From: an uncultured Candidatus Saccharibacteria bacterium
GTDB lineage: Bacteria; Patescibacteriota; Minisyncoccia; Phycocordibacterales; SBAW01
NCBI GenBank assembly: GCA_964420015.1
Contig: CAYQPO010000002.1
Location: forward strand, 7,997-71,996
Direction of reading: 5' to 3'
DNA length: 64,000 nt
Numbering within the stretch: position 1 is the stretch's first letter; each line of letters begins with the position of its first letter. The position numbers were made by a program, and so were the translations under genes. The notes under the pieces are model-generated. The model did no database searches and was not told the DNA's origin. It saw nothing but the letters and a program-made list of their open reading frames with translations. Below are positions 18,788 to 30,441 of this stretch, piece by piece.

Positions 18788-20179
18788 GTGCAATCAACAC
18801 TTTACTTTTACGGCGCGGCGGGCTCGGTGACGGGCTCGCACTTTTTACTAGAAATAGGCAGCCCCTCGACTTCGCTCGGGACAACCAGCACCAAGCTGCT
18901 GGTTGATTGCGGTTTGCGCCAAGGGATGGGCGAGGAGCACAATTGGGACCCGTTCCCCTATAACCCAGCCGAAGTGTCGCATCTGTTGGTGACCCACGCT
19001 CATCTCGACCACGTTGGCCGGATTCCTTTTTTGGTTAAAAACGGGTTTAAGGGGGAGATCATTTCGACCAAGGCTACACGCGCGCTAGCCGAGCCGATGC
19101 TCTACGACGCGCTCGAAATTTTGCAGCACAATGCAAAACATAATGGGCGCCCCGAGCTCTATGGTGAGCAAGATGTTGAATCAACGTTGCGTCTATGGCG
19201 CGGGGTCGACTATCACGACAAAATTGCTTTGTCCGGCGAGGTAGAGGCGCAGTTGTATGACGCAGGGCACATCTTGGGCTCGGCGATGGTGGTTCTTGGC
19301 AGAGCCGGGCGCGCTATCGTCTTTACCGGAGATGTGGGTGGCGGTAACTCGCCGCTCTTAGCTCCGACCGAAGAGTTACCCGTAGTCAATTATGTGGTAC
19401 TGGAGGGCACGTATGGGGACAAACTGCGCCCCGAAGATCCCGACCGTTTAGAAAAGCTCGAAGACGTGATCGAGGACACCGCCGCGCGCGGTGGCACGCT
19501 CGTGGTGCCCGCATTTTCCACCGAGCGCACGCAGGATCTCCTCTTCGATATTCGTAGGCTCATGCTCGAGAAGCGTGTGCCCTTAATGCCGGTGTATCTC
19601 GACTCGCCACTGGCCGAAAAGATCACCGAAGCTTATTTGCAGTATCCAAACTATTTTGCACCAAAGATCGCAAAGCGCGTCGAAGATGGAGAAAAGATCT
19701 TTTCCTTCCCCGAGCTGCACTACGTAAGCACGCGCGAGGAGTCTCAAGCGCTCAATGCCAAGGAGGGAAGTAAGATTATTTTAGCCGGCTCGGGCATGAG
19801 CAGTGGCGGACGCGTGTTTAGCCACGAGCGCGCTTACTTGCCCGACCCGAATTCGACCGTGCTCATTGTGGGATATCAGGCTGCAGGCACAACTGGCCGG
19901 CAGCTTATCGAAGGCTCCAAAACAATCAAGGTGCGCAGCGGCAACGAGGTAGTCGAGGTCAGGGCGCATGTGGAGCAACTCTACGGCTACTCCGCCCACC
20001 GCGATGGCGAGGGCTTGCTCGATTTTGCCAACCAAGCAGCGACACAGCATGCCGAGGAGATTTTTGTGGTCCATGGCGAGCCGCAAGCGACGATGTTTTT
20101 GGCACAGCGTATCCGGGACTATTTGGGGACTAAGGCCACTGCGCCCGAAGCGGGGAGCGCTGTGCAACTCGACTTTTAG
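18788..20179 (+). CDS. MBL-fold beta-CASP ribonuclease (YSH1/CPSF-like)
   Basis: THAHLDHVG, AGHILGS, FTGD, YSAH, VHGE. Confidence 0.92.
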   Translation: MQSTLYFYGAAGSVTGSHFLLEIGSPSTSLGTTSTKLLVDCGLRQGMGEEHNWDPFPYNPAEVSHLLVTHAHLDHVGRIPFLVKNGFKGEIISTKATRALAEPMLYDALEILQHNAKHNGRPELYGEQDVESTLRLWRGVDYHDKIALSGEVEAQLYDAGHILGSAMVVLGRAGRAIVFTGDVGGGNSPLLAPTEELPVVNYVVLEGTYGDKLRPEDPDRLEKLEDVIEDTAARGGTLVVPAFSTERTQDLLFDIRRLMLEKRVPLMPVYLDSPLAEKITEAYLQYPNYFAPKIAKRVEDGEKIFSFPELHYVSTREESQALNAKEGSKIILAGSGMSSGGRVFSHERAYLPDPNSTVLIVGYQAAGTTGRQLIEGSKTIKVRSGNEVVEVRAHVEQLYGYSAHRDGEGLLDFANQAATQHAEEIFVVHGEPQATMFLAQRIRDYLGTKATAPEAGSAVQLDF

Positions 20180-20229
20180 GCTCCATTCTGCTACTGTCTC
20201 GGGCAGATCAACCGTCGATGAGGTGTGCT

Positions 20230-20640
20230 ATGCGCACATTTGGAGAGTTGCTGGATGATGCTCGAGGCGGCAGCGAAGTGGGCATGTCTCATTTTTACGC
20301 TGGGCTGCCCGATCATGCCGGTGATCAGATGGTGTTGCTGTGGGCGATTGGGGTATTGATCATACAGCAACCGGTATTACGTGTGCCGGCTGCTGCTGCG
20401 GTTGCCCATACGGTGCTCGGGCTTCCGATCGACGAGCGGCGTACGCGACTGCTTGGGGTTATGTCAAATGACCCCGATCAATACGTGCGGCGGTGGCTCG
20501 CGACGGCGTTTTACAAAATCGACCCTATTCAAAAGATCGATAATCGAAACCCAGAAGTCTTGGCCCTGTTTGGTGAAGCTTGCAAGCAACAGGGGCCATT
20601 GGGCAGATATGCCCGCAAGCTCAGAAAACAACTGGCTTAA
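20230..20640 (+). CDS. Hypothetical helical protein
   Basis: GAGGTG SD; DPDQYVRR HEAT-like segment; followed by a hairpin. Confidence 0.55.
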   Translation: MRTFGELLDDARGGSEVGMSHFYAGLPDHAGDQMVLLWAIGVLIIQQPVLRVPAAAAVAHTVLGLPIDERRTRLLGVMSNDPDQYVRRWLATAFYKIDPIQKIDNRNPEVLALFGEACKQQGPLGRYARKLRKQLA

Positions 20641-20722
20641 GCAACAACTGGCAGCGGCGCGACGAGAGTCGCGCCGCTTTGCTTCCTGTCTGCCGGAAGG
20701 CAGGTGTGTTAAAATTGCACGG

Positions 20723-21370
20723 ATGGACCCCAACCACACGCATCTCAAGATCAAACTCTGCGTCTCGGGTGCGGCCGAAACTGGCCACTGCGGAGCCGAC
20801 GCCTACGACAAAGGTGTCGAACTCGGCCGCCAAATCGCCAAACAAGGCGCCGCGTGTGTCACGGGCGCGACAACCGGCTTCCCCTTGTGGGCAGCGATGG
20901 GTGCTAAAGAGGTCGGAGGGTTCTCGATCGGCTTTTCGCCGGCTAACTCTGAGCGCGAACATATCGAGCAGTACAACTTGCCGGTCGAGTATATGGACGT
21001 GATCGTCTACACCGGTTTTGGCTACCCGGGCCGCGACCTTATCCTAACGCGCTCCAGCGATGCGGTGCTGTTTGGTTGTGGGCGCATAGGCACGATCCAT
21101 GAGTTTACGATCGCGTTTGAAGACCAAAAGCCCATCGGTATTTTGGAGGCCGGGTGGGAGACCGACGAAGTGATCAAAAATATTTTGGAGAACGGGCATC
21201 GGGCAAACGACCGCATTGTCTTCGACACCGATCCCAAAGCGCTTGTCGAGCGGGTGATGGAGTTGGTCAATAAAGATCGCATCAACCGAGCATCGTTCCA
21301 CTTCGACCCAGCAGCGCCTGCGCAGCCGCCACACCCAGCACCATTGGCGCTCGGCTCCGAAGAGCAGTAG
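20723..21370 (+). CDS. LOG/SLOG-family (TIGR00725-like) nucleotide-binding protein
   Basis: ELGRQIA, VTGATTG, TGFGYPGRD, GRIGTIHEF. Confidence 0.8.
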   Translation: MDPNHTHLKIKLCVSGAAETGHCGADAYDKGVELGRQIAKQGAACVTGATTGFPLWAAMGAKEVGGFSIGFSPANSEREHIEQYNLPVEYMDVIVYTGFGYPGRDLILTRSSDAVLFGCGRIGTIHEFTIAFEDQKPIGILEAGWETDEVIKNILENGHRANDRIVFDTDPKALVERVMELVNKDRINRASFHFDPAAPAQPPHPAPLALGSEEQ

Positions 21371-21382
21371 ACTCCTTTTAGC

Positions 21383-21733
21383 TTAGGCTATTTTGTTGAC
21401 CACCCGGGCAAAACTTGCGGGGTTGGTGGCGGCGAGCTCGGCGAGCATTTTGCGATTGATCTTGATGCCTTTTTTATTCATCGCACCGATAAACTTGCTG
21501 TAAGAAAAATCACTGCTAATACCCCTAAGCCCAGCATTAAGGCGGACATTCCACAAGCGGCGAAAGTCGTTCTTCTTGTCGCGGCGGTGGGCAAAGGCAT
21601 ATTTGCCCGCGTGGAAGATCGCCTCCTTGGCCATGCGCTTCTTGGTCGAGCGACCAAAACGATAGCCCTTGGCCTGCGCCAAGATATTCTTGCGGCGTTT
21701 GTTGCTCGTTTTGCCTCCTTTGACGCGTGCCAT
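21383..21733 (-). CDS. rplT: 50S ribosomal protein L20
   Basis: MARVKGG, AKGY, FRRLWNVRLNA, NRKMLAELA. Confidence 0.98.
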   Translation of the reverse strand: MARVKGGKTSNKRRKNILAQAKGYRFGRSTKKRMAKEAIFHAGKYAFAHRRDKKNDFRRLWNVRLNAGLRGISSDFSYSKFIGAMNKKGIKINRKMLAELAATNPASFARVVNKIA

Positions 21734-21754
21734 AAATTTTTCTTAAAATTTAAA

Positions 21755-21964
21755 TTATTTAGCAAAATGCTTCGGATTGCCAATGTAGCGCTGGAGCACT
21801 TTGGCAGTCATGATGTCTTTGCCGAGCTCTTGGGTACGATTGTTGTTCATCTGGGCGGCGCGACCCTCTTTGGCATTAAAGTGATTCTTGCCTGGTTTGC
21901 GCGCAACAATCTTCCCCTTGCGGGTAATCTTAAGACGCTTGGCAAATGATTTATTGGTTTTCAT
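21755..21964 (-). CDS. rpmI: 50S ribosomal protein L35
   Basis: MKTNKSFAKRLKITRKGK; infC-rpmI-rplT synteny. Confidence 0.93.
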   Translation of the reverse strand: MKTNKSFAKRLKITRKGKIVARKPGKNHFNAKEGRAAQMNNNRTQELGKDIMTAKVLQRYIGNPKHFAK

Positions 21965-22005
21965 GATTTTGTCTTCAAAATCACCCTGAGCTTGTCGAAG
22001 GGTTA

Positions 22006-22515
22006 CTATTTCTTAGCTCGCTCGAGCGTGGTCGCAAGCCCTTTGGGGCTCTTCGCAATCGGGTCGGCGAGTTTGTACTCGGCCGGTATCAGTTTGAGGA
22101 AGCGCTCCAGTCTTTCTTTAAGAAAGGGGAACTCCATATATTTGTACCGGCCCCACAAAAACAAGTCGACCTTAACCCGGTGGCCCTCCTCGAGCCACTG
22201 TGCTGCCTTTTTGGCCTTAAGCTGCATGTCGTGATCGCCGGTCCCAATCTTGACCTGGACAGACTTCGTCTCGGTCGTGTGGGATTTGGCCTTTATTTCA
22301 CGCCTTTTTTTCTGCTGCTCGTACTGGAATTTACCATATTCCATGATCTTTGCAACCGGCGGGACAGCATTGGGGCTTATTTCTATAAGGTCGAGGCCGA
22401 CTTCTTGCGCTTTGGCGATAGCGTCGCCCAAAGGAAGCACACCGAGGTTCTCTCCTTGGGCGCCCACGACGCGCACCTCCTTGGCCTTGATCTGGTGATT
22501 TACTCGCGTATCCAA
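22006..22515 (-). CDS. infC: Translation initiation factor IF-3 (probable TTG start)
   Basis: RVNHQI, LDLIEIS, PPVAKIMEYGKFQYE, GHRVKV. Confidence 0.96.
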   Translation of the reverse strand: MDTRVNHQIKAKEVRVVGAQGENLGVLPLGDAIAKAQEVGLDLIEISPNAVPPVAKIMEYGKFQYEQQKKRREIKAKSHTTETKSVQVKIGTGDHDMQLKAKKAAQWLEEGHRVKVDLFLWGRYKYMEFPFLKERLERFLKLIPAEYKLADPIAKSPKGLATTLERAKK

Positions 22516-22609
22516 AGTTGGCCCTACTATAGCACAAGGGCAAAAGTTTGACAGCGCGGGCTGTAAAGGGCAGAGTGTAACAAGGAGAAACAAGTTTGTG
22601 AGGTGAGTG

Positions 22610-22684
22610 ATGCGAAAGCTCGCGTACTTCTACCTAGCGGTGCTGCTGTGTTCTGGAGCGGCGCTCGCGATGGTCTATCTATGA
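22610..22684 (+). CDS. Putative 24-aa single-TM small protein MRKLAYFYLAVLLCSGAALAMVYL
   Basis: GAGGTG SD 4 nt upstream; hydrophobic; followed by aggcccgccc/gggcgggcct terminator. Confidence 0.45.
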   Translation: MRKLAYFYLAVLLCSGAALAMVYL

Positions 22685-22820
22685 GACCGATCCAAACAGG
22701 CCCGCCCAAGAATAAAGAGGGCGGGCCTTTTGCTTGCACAAAACACATCCACTGAAGTAGTATGACCGCGGATTGAAGCGCATCCGCGCTAAGACCTTCA
22801 AGAGTAAGCAGGGGAGACCC

Positions 22821-24221
22821 ATGCCGATCATGCAGTATCACTCAACGCGAGGCGCCCTCATGGGGCACTTTGCCGAGGTGGCAAACACAGGTCTCGCCGA
22901 AGATGGCGGTCTTGCGGTGCCCGAAGTGTATCCGCGGCTCGACATCCACGGCATGCACCAGCAGAATTTTCAACAACTCTGCTGGTACGTTCACACCAAT
23001 CTTTCGGGCGATATCCCGGGGCACGACTGGAAGCAGCTCATCAGCAAGGCCTACACGGCCGAGCTGTTTGGTACCAAGGCGATCACGCCGCTGGAGTGGC
23101 TTGAGCCAGGCCTGGCGCGGCTCAAACTCTCTGAGGGCCCGACGCTGGCGTTTAAAGATGTGTCGCTGCAGCTTGTCGGCCACGAGATGGAGTACATCCA
23201 GCGCAAGAAGGGCACCGTGCTCAACATCGTCACCTCGACCTCGGGGGACACCGGTTCGGCCGCCGGCTATGCGGCCAAAGGGAAGGAGCACCTGCGACTC
23301 TTTGTACTTTTTCCCAAGGGTCGTGTGAGCGAGGTGCAGCGCCGGCAGATGACCACCATTGGTGCCGACAATGTGCATGTGCTCGCGGTCGAAGATGCAA
23401 CCTTCGACGACTGCCAAGCAGTTGTTAAGGCGCTGCACAATGACCTCGCGTTCAAGACAAAGTACGAGCTCGGGACCATGAACTCGATCGCCTGGCCGCG
23501 CATTGCGGCACAGGCGGTCTATTGGGCCGACGCGTGGCGGCAGGCTACCAAACACGTGAGTGAGAAGATCGATGTGGTGGTGCCTTCGGGCAACTTCGGC
23601 AACGCCTTCGCAGCCTATGTGGCCAAGCGGATGGGAATTCCCATCCGTCGGATCATCGTGGCATCTAACGTCAACTGTGTGCTCTATGACTTCTTCCTCT
23701 CGGGTTTCTATCGGCGCGGCAAACGGGTCATAGAGACCATGAGCCCGTCGATGGATATTCAAGTATCCTCGAACCTCGAGCGCCTCATCTACGAAGAAGG
23801 CGGCCGAGATCCGGAGCTTGTGCGCCGGCTCTACAAAGAGTTCGCCGCAAATGGTGAGTTCGATGCGTACTTCCTGCTTGCCAATCTCGAGGCCGCTGGC
23901 TTTACCACTGGCATGGCGGTCGAGGAGGAGGTGCGCGAAGCGATGCGTACGATGTATCGGCTCGAAAGTCGGCCGGTGATCGACCCACACACCGCGGTGG
24001 GGATGCACGTTGCGCTGCAAGAGCGTGACATCAAAGTCCCAATGATCGTTGCCGAAACCGCTCAGCCGGCAAAGTTTGCCGACACGGTTCGTCATGTGTT
24101 GGGAATTAATCCGCCGACGCCCCCGGGCTTTGAGCGATTGATGGAGCGTGAAGAGCGGATGATCACCGTCTCGTGCAACCTCGATGCGGTGAAGAGCTAC
24201 ATCGTCAAACACGCTGCGTGA
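22821..24221 (+). CDS. thrC: Threonine synthase (class II, PLP-dependent)
   Basis: YHSTRG, GLAEDGGL, GPTLAFKD, TSGDTG, VPSGNFGN, SPSMDIQVSSNLER, DPHTA. Confidence 0.95.
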   Translation: MPIMQYHSTRGALMGHFAEVANTGLAEDGGLAVPEVYPRLDIHGMHQQNFQQLCWYVHTNLSGDIPGHDWKQLISKAYTAELFGTKAITPLEWLEPGLARLKLSEGPTLAFKDVSLQLVGHEMEYIQRKKGTVLNIVTSTSGDTGSAAGYAAKGKEHLRLFVLFPKGRVSEVQRRQMTTIGADNVHVLAVEDATFDDCQAVVKALHNDLAFKTKYELGTMNSIAWPRIAAQAVYWADAWRQATKHVSEKIDVVVPSGNFGNAFAAYVAKRMGIPIRRIIVASNVNCVLYDFFLSGFYRRGKRVIETMSPSMDIQVSSNLERLIYEEGGRDPELVRRLYKEFAANGEFDAYFLLANLEAAGFTTGMAVEEEVREAMRTMYRLESRPVIDPHTAVGMHVALQERDIKVPMIVAETAQPAKFADTVRHVLGINPPTPPGFERLMEREERMITVSCNLDAVKSYIVKHAA

Positions 24222-24351
24222 GCGGCGTCTAAAAAAGGAAAGGCCCCGCGGATGCGGGGCCTTTTGCTACATACAAAATTTAAAATTCTTTCACCCGGCA
24301 TTCAGCGCGCTTGCGTTAGGGTGGAAGCTTAGCAGCTAATCGCATACACAC

Positions 24352-24621
24352 ATGGCGACAATACTAGAGCGCGAACGCCCCAGTGGCGTGCTCATCGAGC
24401 GCCAAGACGAGAGCACTGGCTGGGCCGTGGCGGCGGTCATCATCATCGCACTACTCGCGGTTGGCGCGTTTGTATGGGCGAGATATTATGCAACCCCGAC
24501 GCCCGCGCAGACCAACACGCCGGGCACCAATATTAATGTCACGCTGCCGCAAAGCGGAGGGGCCCAAGCTCCACAAACGCCAAGCGGTGCAACGCAGCCG
24601 CAGACCAACACGACCTATTAG
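24352..24621 (+). CDS. Small single-TM protein with Pro/Thr/Gln-rich tail
   Basis: One TM helix; followed by a terminator hairpin. Confidence 0.7.
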   Translation: MATILERERPSGVLIERQDESTGWAVAAVIIIALLAVGAFVWARYYATPTPAQTNTPGTNINVTLPQSGGAQAPQTPSGATQPQTNTTY

Positions 24622-24672
24622 ATCCAGACACTATAAACGCACAACGCCCGGCGTAAGCCGGGCGTTTTGTTT

Positions 24673-25047
24673 TGGTGGAGATGCCGGAAATCGAATCCGG
24701 GTGCAACAACTAGCAAACTGTGCTTCTACGAAGCGTAGAGCGTCTTAGATTCTCGTCTTGCTGCATCAAAGATGCTCAAAAGCGCAGCAAGATACAGTTC
24801 AAGTCTTAGTTAGGGTAGGGAACAGCTACCCCAAAGCAGTGTGGTGATATAACAGCGTACTTTCTCTCACACACTTTGAGAAAGCGCCGACGACTAGGCT
24901 ATAGCGTAAGCGAAGTCGAAATCATTCGCCGCAAAATACGGCGATGCAACTGATTTGCCAGTTAGAGTTTGGAGCAGTTTAAAGAAGTACTCCAGTTCTG
25001 CCTCGCACATCAATTTGCGACAGTTATTGTCTAAGCCTGTCATCCCC
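24673..25047 (-). ncRNA. ssrA: tmRNA
   Basis: 5' GGGGATG pairs with 3' CATCTCC-ACCA; T-arm GGATTCGATTTCC; tag ORF 24959-24894 GKSVASPYFAANDFDFAYAIA*; adjacent to smpB. Confidence 0.93.
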
Positions 25048-25096
25048 GAAGAGTGCCCGACGCTAAACCGGCGCTTTTCGCGAATTAAGACTCCTA

Positions 25097-25540
25097 CTAT
25101 TTATTTTTCAAAGTCCTATCAATCTCGCGCTTGGTGTCCCTTTCTTTTAATACCGCGCGCTTGTCGTATTTCTTACGGCCCCGCGCAATACCAATAGAGA
25201 GCTTGAGATTTCGCCTCTTATTGTACACCTTTAAGGGCACTATTGTCAAGCCTTTCTGCCCTTCGGCCTCAGCCAGTTTGGCTATCTCGGGCTTGGTTAG
25301 CAGGAGCTTTCGGCTCCTCTCCGGGTCATAGCCCTCGGGTGTGTTTTTGGGCTGGTAGGGCGGGATGTGCGCCCCCACCAAGTATGCCTCGCCATTTCTT
25401 ACAATTGCATGAGCACCCTCGAGCTTGCCGTTGCCTGCGCGGAGCGACTTAACCTCGCCGCCAAGCAGCTCTAACCCCGCCTCGAACTCTTCGAGGATTT
25501 CGTAGTTGAGATAGGCTTTTTTATTCTCCACGAGTGCCAT
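25097..25540 (-). CDS. smpB: SsrA-binding protein
   Basis: NKKAYLNY, EAGLELLGGEVKSLR, RKLLL, GRKKYDKR. Confidence 0.98.
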   Translation of the reverse strand: MALVENKKAYLNYEILEEFEAGLELLGGEVKSLRAGNGKLEGAHAIVRNGEAYLVGAHIPPYQPKNTPEGYDPERSRKLLLTKPEIAKLAEAEGQKGLTIVPLKVYNKRRNLKLSIGIARGRKKYDKRAVLKERDTKREIDRTLKNK

Positions 25541-25555
25541 GGCGACACTATAGCA

Positions 25556-26680
25556 CTAGCGCACTGTTTTGTAGCCGCCGGGGACGCCGCCTTTAGAGAG
25601 CACCACGTGCCACAGCTGCGCTTCGCGCGAGCGAAAGAGCCCAGCGCACGAAAGGAGATAAAACTTCCACATGCGGTAGAAGCGCTCGCCATATTTTGTT
25701 TTAAGACTCGGCCACGCGCGGTCAAAGTTTTCAAACCACGCGCAGAGGGTTTTGTCGTAGTCGGGGCCAAAGTTGTGCCAATCCTCCATCACAAAGAGTC
25801 CTTCAATAGCCTTGGCAAGTTGCCCGGGCGAGGGGAGCACCCCGTTGGGGAAAATATATTTATTAAGCCATGGATCGGTCGCCGCAAGAGCTCGGTTGCC
25901 ACCGATTGTATGCAACAAAAAGATCCCACCGCGCTTAAGTAGTTTGTGTGCGACCTCAAAGTACGTGCGGTAATTTTTGGGCCCCACATGCTCGAACATG
26001 CCGATTGAAATAATGTGGTCGAACTGCCCCTTGGTCGAACGATAGTCTTCGACGCGGATCTCAACCGGCAGCCCCTTGCATTTCTCACGTGCGAGCGCGG
26101 CCTGCTCTTTAGATACGGTGATCCCAACACCCTTCACCCCATAATGTTCTGCGGCGTATTTTAGGAACATTCCCCAACCGCAACCGATTTCCAAAATGGT
26201 ATCGTCTTCTTTGAGCCCCACTTTGCGGCAAATCAGGTCATACTTTGCCTCTTGAGCCTCTTCGAGCGTGTGCGCGGGTTTGTTAGGCGAGCTCCAATAG
26301 CCGCAGGAGTAAGCGAGCGTTGGCCCGAGCATGGGCACAAAGAGGTCGTTGCCGATGTCGTAGTGCTCCTCGCCGACCTGGTAGGCCCGTGCAACAGTCT
26401 GCATGTTTTGGAATTTTGCGCGCAAAAAGTAGAGTGCGGTTGAGAAGGTGTACAGCTCTTCATCGAGCTTGACTTTGAGTACGCGATTAAAAAACTCGGC
26501 CAAGTCCTCAGCATCCCACATGCCGTCCATGTATGCTTCGCCCACGCCCAAGGTTCCCTGGCTAAACGCGCGGGCATAGAGTGCCTTATCGCGCACTTGG
26601 ATGTCGTACGGCTCGGGGCCGTTGATGGTGACTCCCGCCTTGACCAAGAGTTGTTGCGCTTTTTCCTCGAGGCTCTTCAT
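25556..26680 (-). CDS. cfa: Cyclopropane-fatty-acyl-phospholipid synthase
   Basis: GEAYMDG, HYDIGNDLF, YSCGYW, EIGCGWG, MFEHVG, YIFPNG, RMWKFYL. Confidence 0.93.
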   Translation of the reverse strand: MKSLEEKAQQLLVKAGVTINGPEPYDIQVRDKALYARAFSQGTLGVGEAYMDGMWDAEDLAEFFNRVLKVKLDEELYTFSTALYFLRAKFQNMQTVARAYQVGEEHYDIGNDLFVPMLGPTLAYSCGYWSSPNKPAHTLEEAQEAKYDLICRKVGLKEDDTILEIGCGWGMFLKYAAEHYGVKGVGITVSKEQAALAREKCKGLPVEIRVEDYRSTKGQFDHIISIGMFEHVGPKNYRTYFEVAHKLLKRGGIFLLHTIGGNRALAATDPWLNKYIFPNGVLPSPGQLAKAIEGLFVMEDWHNFGPDYDKTLCAWFENFDRAWPSLKTKYGERFYRMWKFYLLSCAGLFRSREAQLWHVVLSKGGVPGGYKTVR

Positions 26681-26743
26681 AAAAGTTGAGTTAACGAGGC
26701 TACTATATGAGAAATTTACACAAAATGCTATGATGTTTCCCAC

Positions 26744-28732
<1,989 letters not shown>

Positions 28733-28809
28733 TCCTTCGACTACGCTCAGGACAAGAAAACAAAACCCCGGCCGCAGGCCGGGGTCTCTGATTTTGGGCG
28801 AGAACAGAG

Positions 28810-29355
28810 CTATTTCACCTCCAGTTCTTCTTCGTACACAAACTGGATGTACGCCCGCACGACGGTGACGGCGGCGTAGATCCCTACGAGGATTCCTATA
28901 GAACCCAAGCCATTCCAGACAATCCACGCCGCGGTGCCATAAGCGGCAATGCCGATGGCGGCGAATAAGATGACCGCCGTAGAAGGAGCGTCTTTGTGGC
29001 TATAGTCGCCTCTCATCCCATGCCACAGGCCGGTAAAGGGCCAGATGAGCACAAGCAACCCGATCAGGCCGGCGGCGTATGCGACATCGAGCCCACAAAA
29101 GAGCTTGGGGTGACGGTCTCTGAACTTCACCCACTTGCGCCTGAGTCGGGCCCACTCGTCTTCGCGCAGAGGCTCGACCGCGAGCCCAGTGCTCACCGTC
29201 GCACCCAACGTGAGAAATCCCACCCCAATAAAAAAGTAGTAGGAGAAGCTGACGCTGAGCCAGACAAAGAGCACTAAACAGACCCATGTGCCGATGCAGA
29301 CCTCGCGAATATTGGCCTGCGGCCCCACGCGACTTTTCTCAGAAGTGGTGCTCAT
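28810..29355 (-). CDS. Hypothetical multi-pass membrane protein
   Basis: AAGGAG SD before MSTTSEK; several TM segments. Confidence 0.65.
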   Translation of the reverse strand: MSTTSEKSRVGPQANIREVCIGTWVCLVLFVWLSVSFSYYFFIGVGFLTLGATVSTGLAVEPLREDEWARLRRKWVKFRDRHPKLFCGLDVAYAAGLIGLLVLIWPFTGLWHGMRGDYSHKDAPSTAVILFAAIGIAAYGTAAWIVWNGLGSIGILVGIYAAVTVVRAYIQFVYEEELEVK

Positions 29356-29434
29356 GGTTTTCCTCCTTGAGCGGTTTGGGGTTCTTACTCGCTCGACGAT
29401 AGCATGAAGCATAGGTTTCGGGTAGAGTTTAAGG

Positions 29435-29509
29435 GCGCGAGTAGCTCAGTGGTAGAGCGTCCGTCTTATACACGGATGGTCGTAGGTTCGATCCCTACCT
29501 CGCGCACCA
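29435..29509 (+). tRNA. tRNA-Ile (anticodon TAT)
   Basis: Acceptor gcgcgag/ctcgcgc-A-CCA; anticodon arm tccgt-ctTATac-acgga; GTTCGAT T-loop. Confidence 0.92.
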
Positions 29510-29700
29510 AGTAGAAATACGCAAGCCAATACTTTGAAGTTCCCGATTTCACATTCGGGAAAAAGAAAACTTTTTGTCATACAGAATGCAATAATTTTTT
29601 GATTTGTAATTCTCGTGAATTTGTGTCATATTGCTATCGGAGTAGCTGTTCTTTTCCAGAACAGTGTCTCCATACACCATCAACACAGGAGTGTGCTGAA

Positions 29701-30441
29701 ATGCCCGAACCTATCGCGCCCGGAGGTCTGTACAGCTACAGAAATCCTCCACCATCTCACGAAGTCGCATTGGCGCGCCTTCACGAGTTGGAAGTTGCCG
29801 TGCAGAGTATCGAAGTTCAACTCCAGCACGGAAATCCGAACGAGTTCCCGAGCGACGACGACTTTCTGACGTGGAAGGGTCGCGCAACGGGAGCGGCAGG
29901 CCACTACCGCGCCGAAATCGCCTATCTCGAACGCTGGATGGGTGTTCGTGGGTCGCAGTCCGGTCAGGGCGGCCCGCAGCATGTCTCCAGTGCGCAGTAC
30001 CGCACCGGCATCGAGGAAATCTCGGGAAAAGTGCGGAACATGACTGCGCAAGTGCGTGAGAAGTACAAGCGCGTCTACTCCGAAGGCCACCTGCCCGCCG
30101 ATGTCGTCGCGGCTCGCACGAGACGGCAGGAATTGTCGGCGCTGATCCAGATGTGCACCGGCTTCTTCAAGGACCTGAAGTTGTCGGCTGAAGCAGGAGG
30201 TGTCGGCGAAGAACGGATGCAGAAGCTCCGCAAACCGCTCTCGACGATCTACATGGAGATCCAAGCGGAGAACAAGTTGATCAACAGAACCTTCCACAAC
30301 GCTGTGGAGGGTCCGCAAGTTGATTGGACGTTGTTCCTGCTCTCGCTGCTCGATCGCGCAGTCACTTCCGGCTTCACCCTGACCGACGAAGAACGGAAGA
30401 CGGCCGAGGCGATTCGGGACGCGAAGTTGTCGCAGATTTAG
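29701..30441 (+). CDS. Hypothetical helical protein
   Basis: 246-aa ORF with AGGAG SD; follows tRNA-Ile; hairpin plus T tract downstream. Confidence 0.7.
   Translation: MPEPIAPGGLYSYRNPPPSHEVALARLHELEVAVQSIEVQLQHGNPNEFPSDDDFLTWKGRATGAAGHYRAEIAYLERWMGVRGSQSGQGGPQHVSSAQYRTGIEEISGKVRNMTAQVREKYKRVYSEGHLPADVVAARTRRQELSALIQMCTGFFKDLKLSAEAGGVGEERMQKLRKPLSTIYMEIQAENKLINRTFHNAVEGPQVDWTLFLLSLLDRAVTSGFTLTDEERKTAEAIRDAKLSQI

Noticed and set aside
22842-24212. 456-aa antisense ORF, and similar long shadow ORFs over tuf, pilB and recG
   Set aside because: These are antisense shadows of well-supported genes with high GC3 codon bias and have no recognisable motifs.
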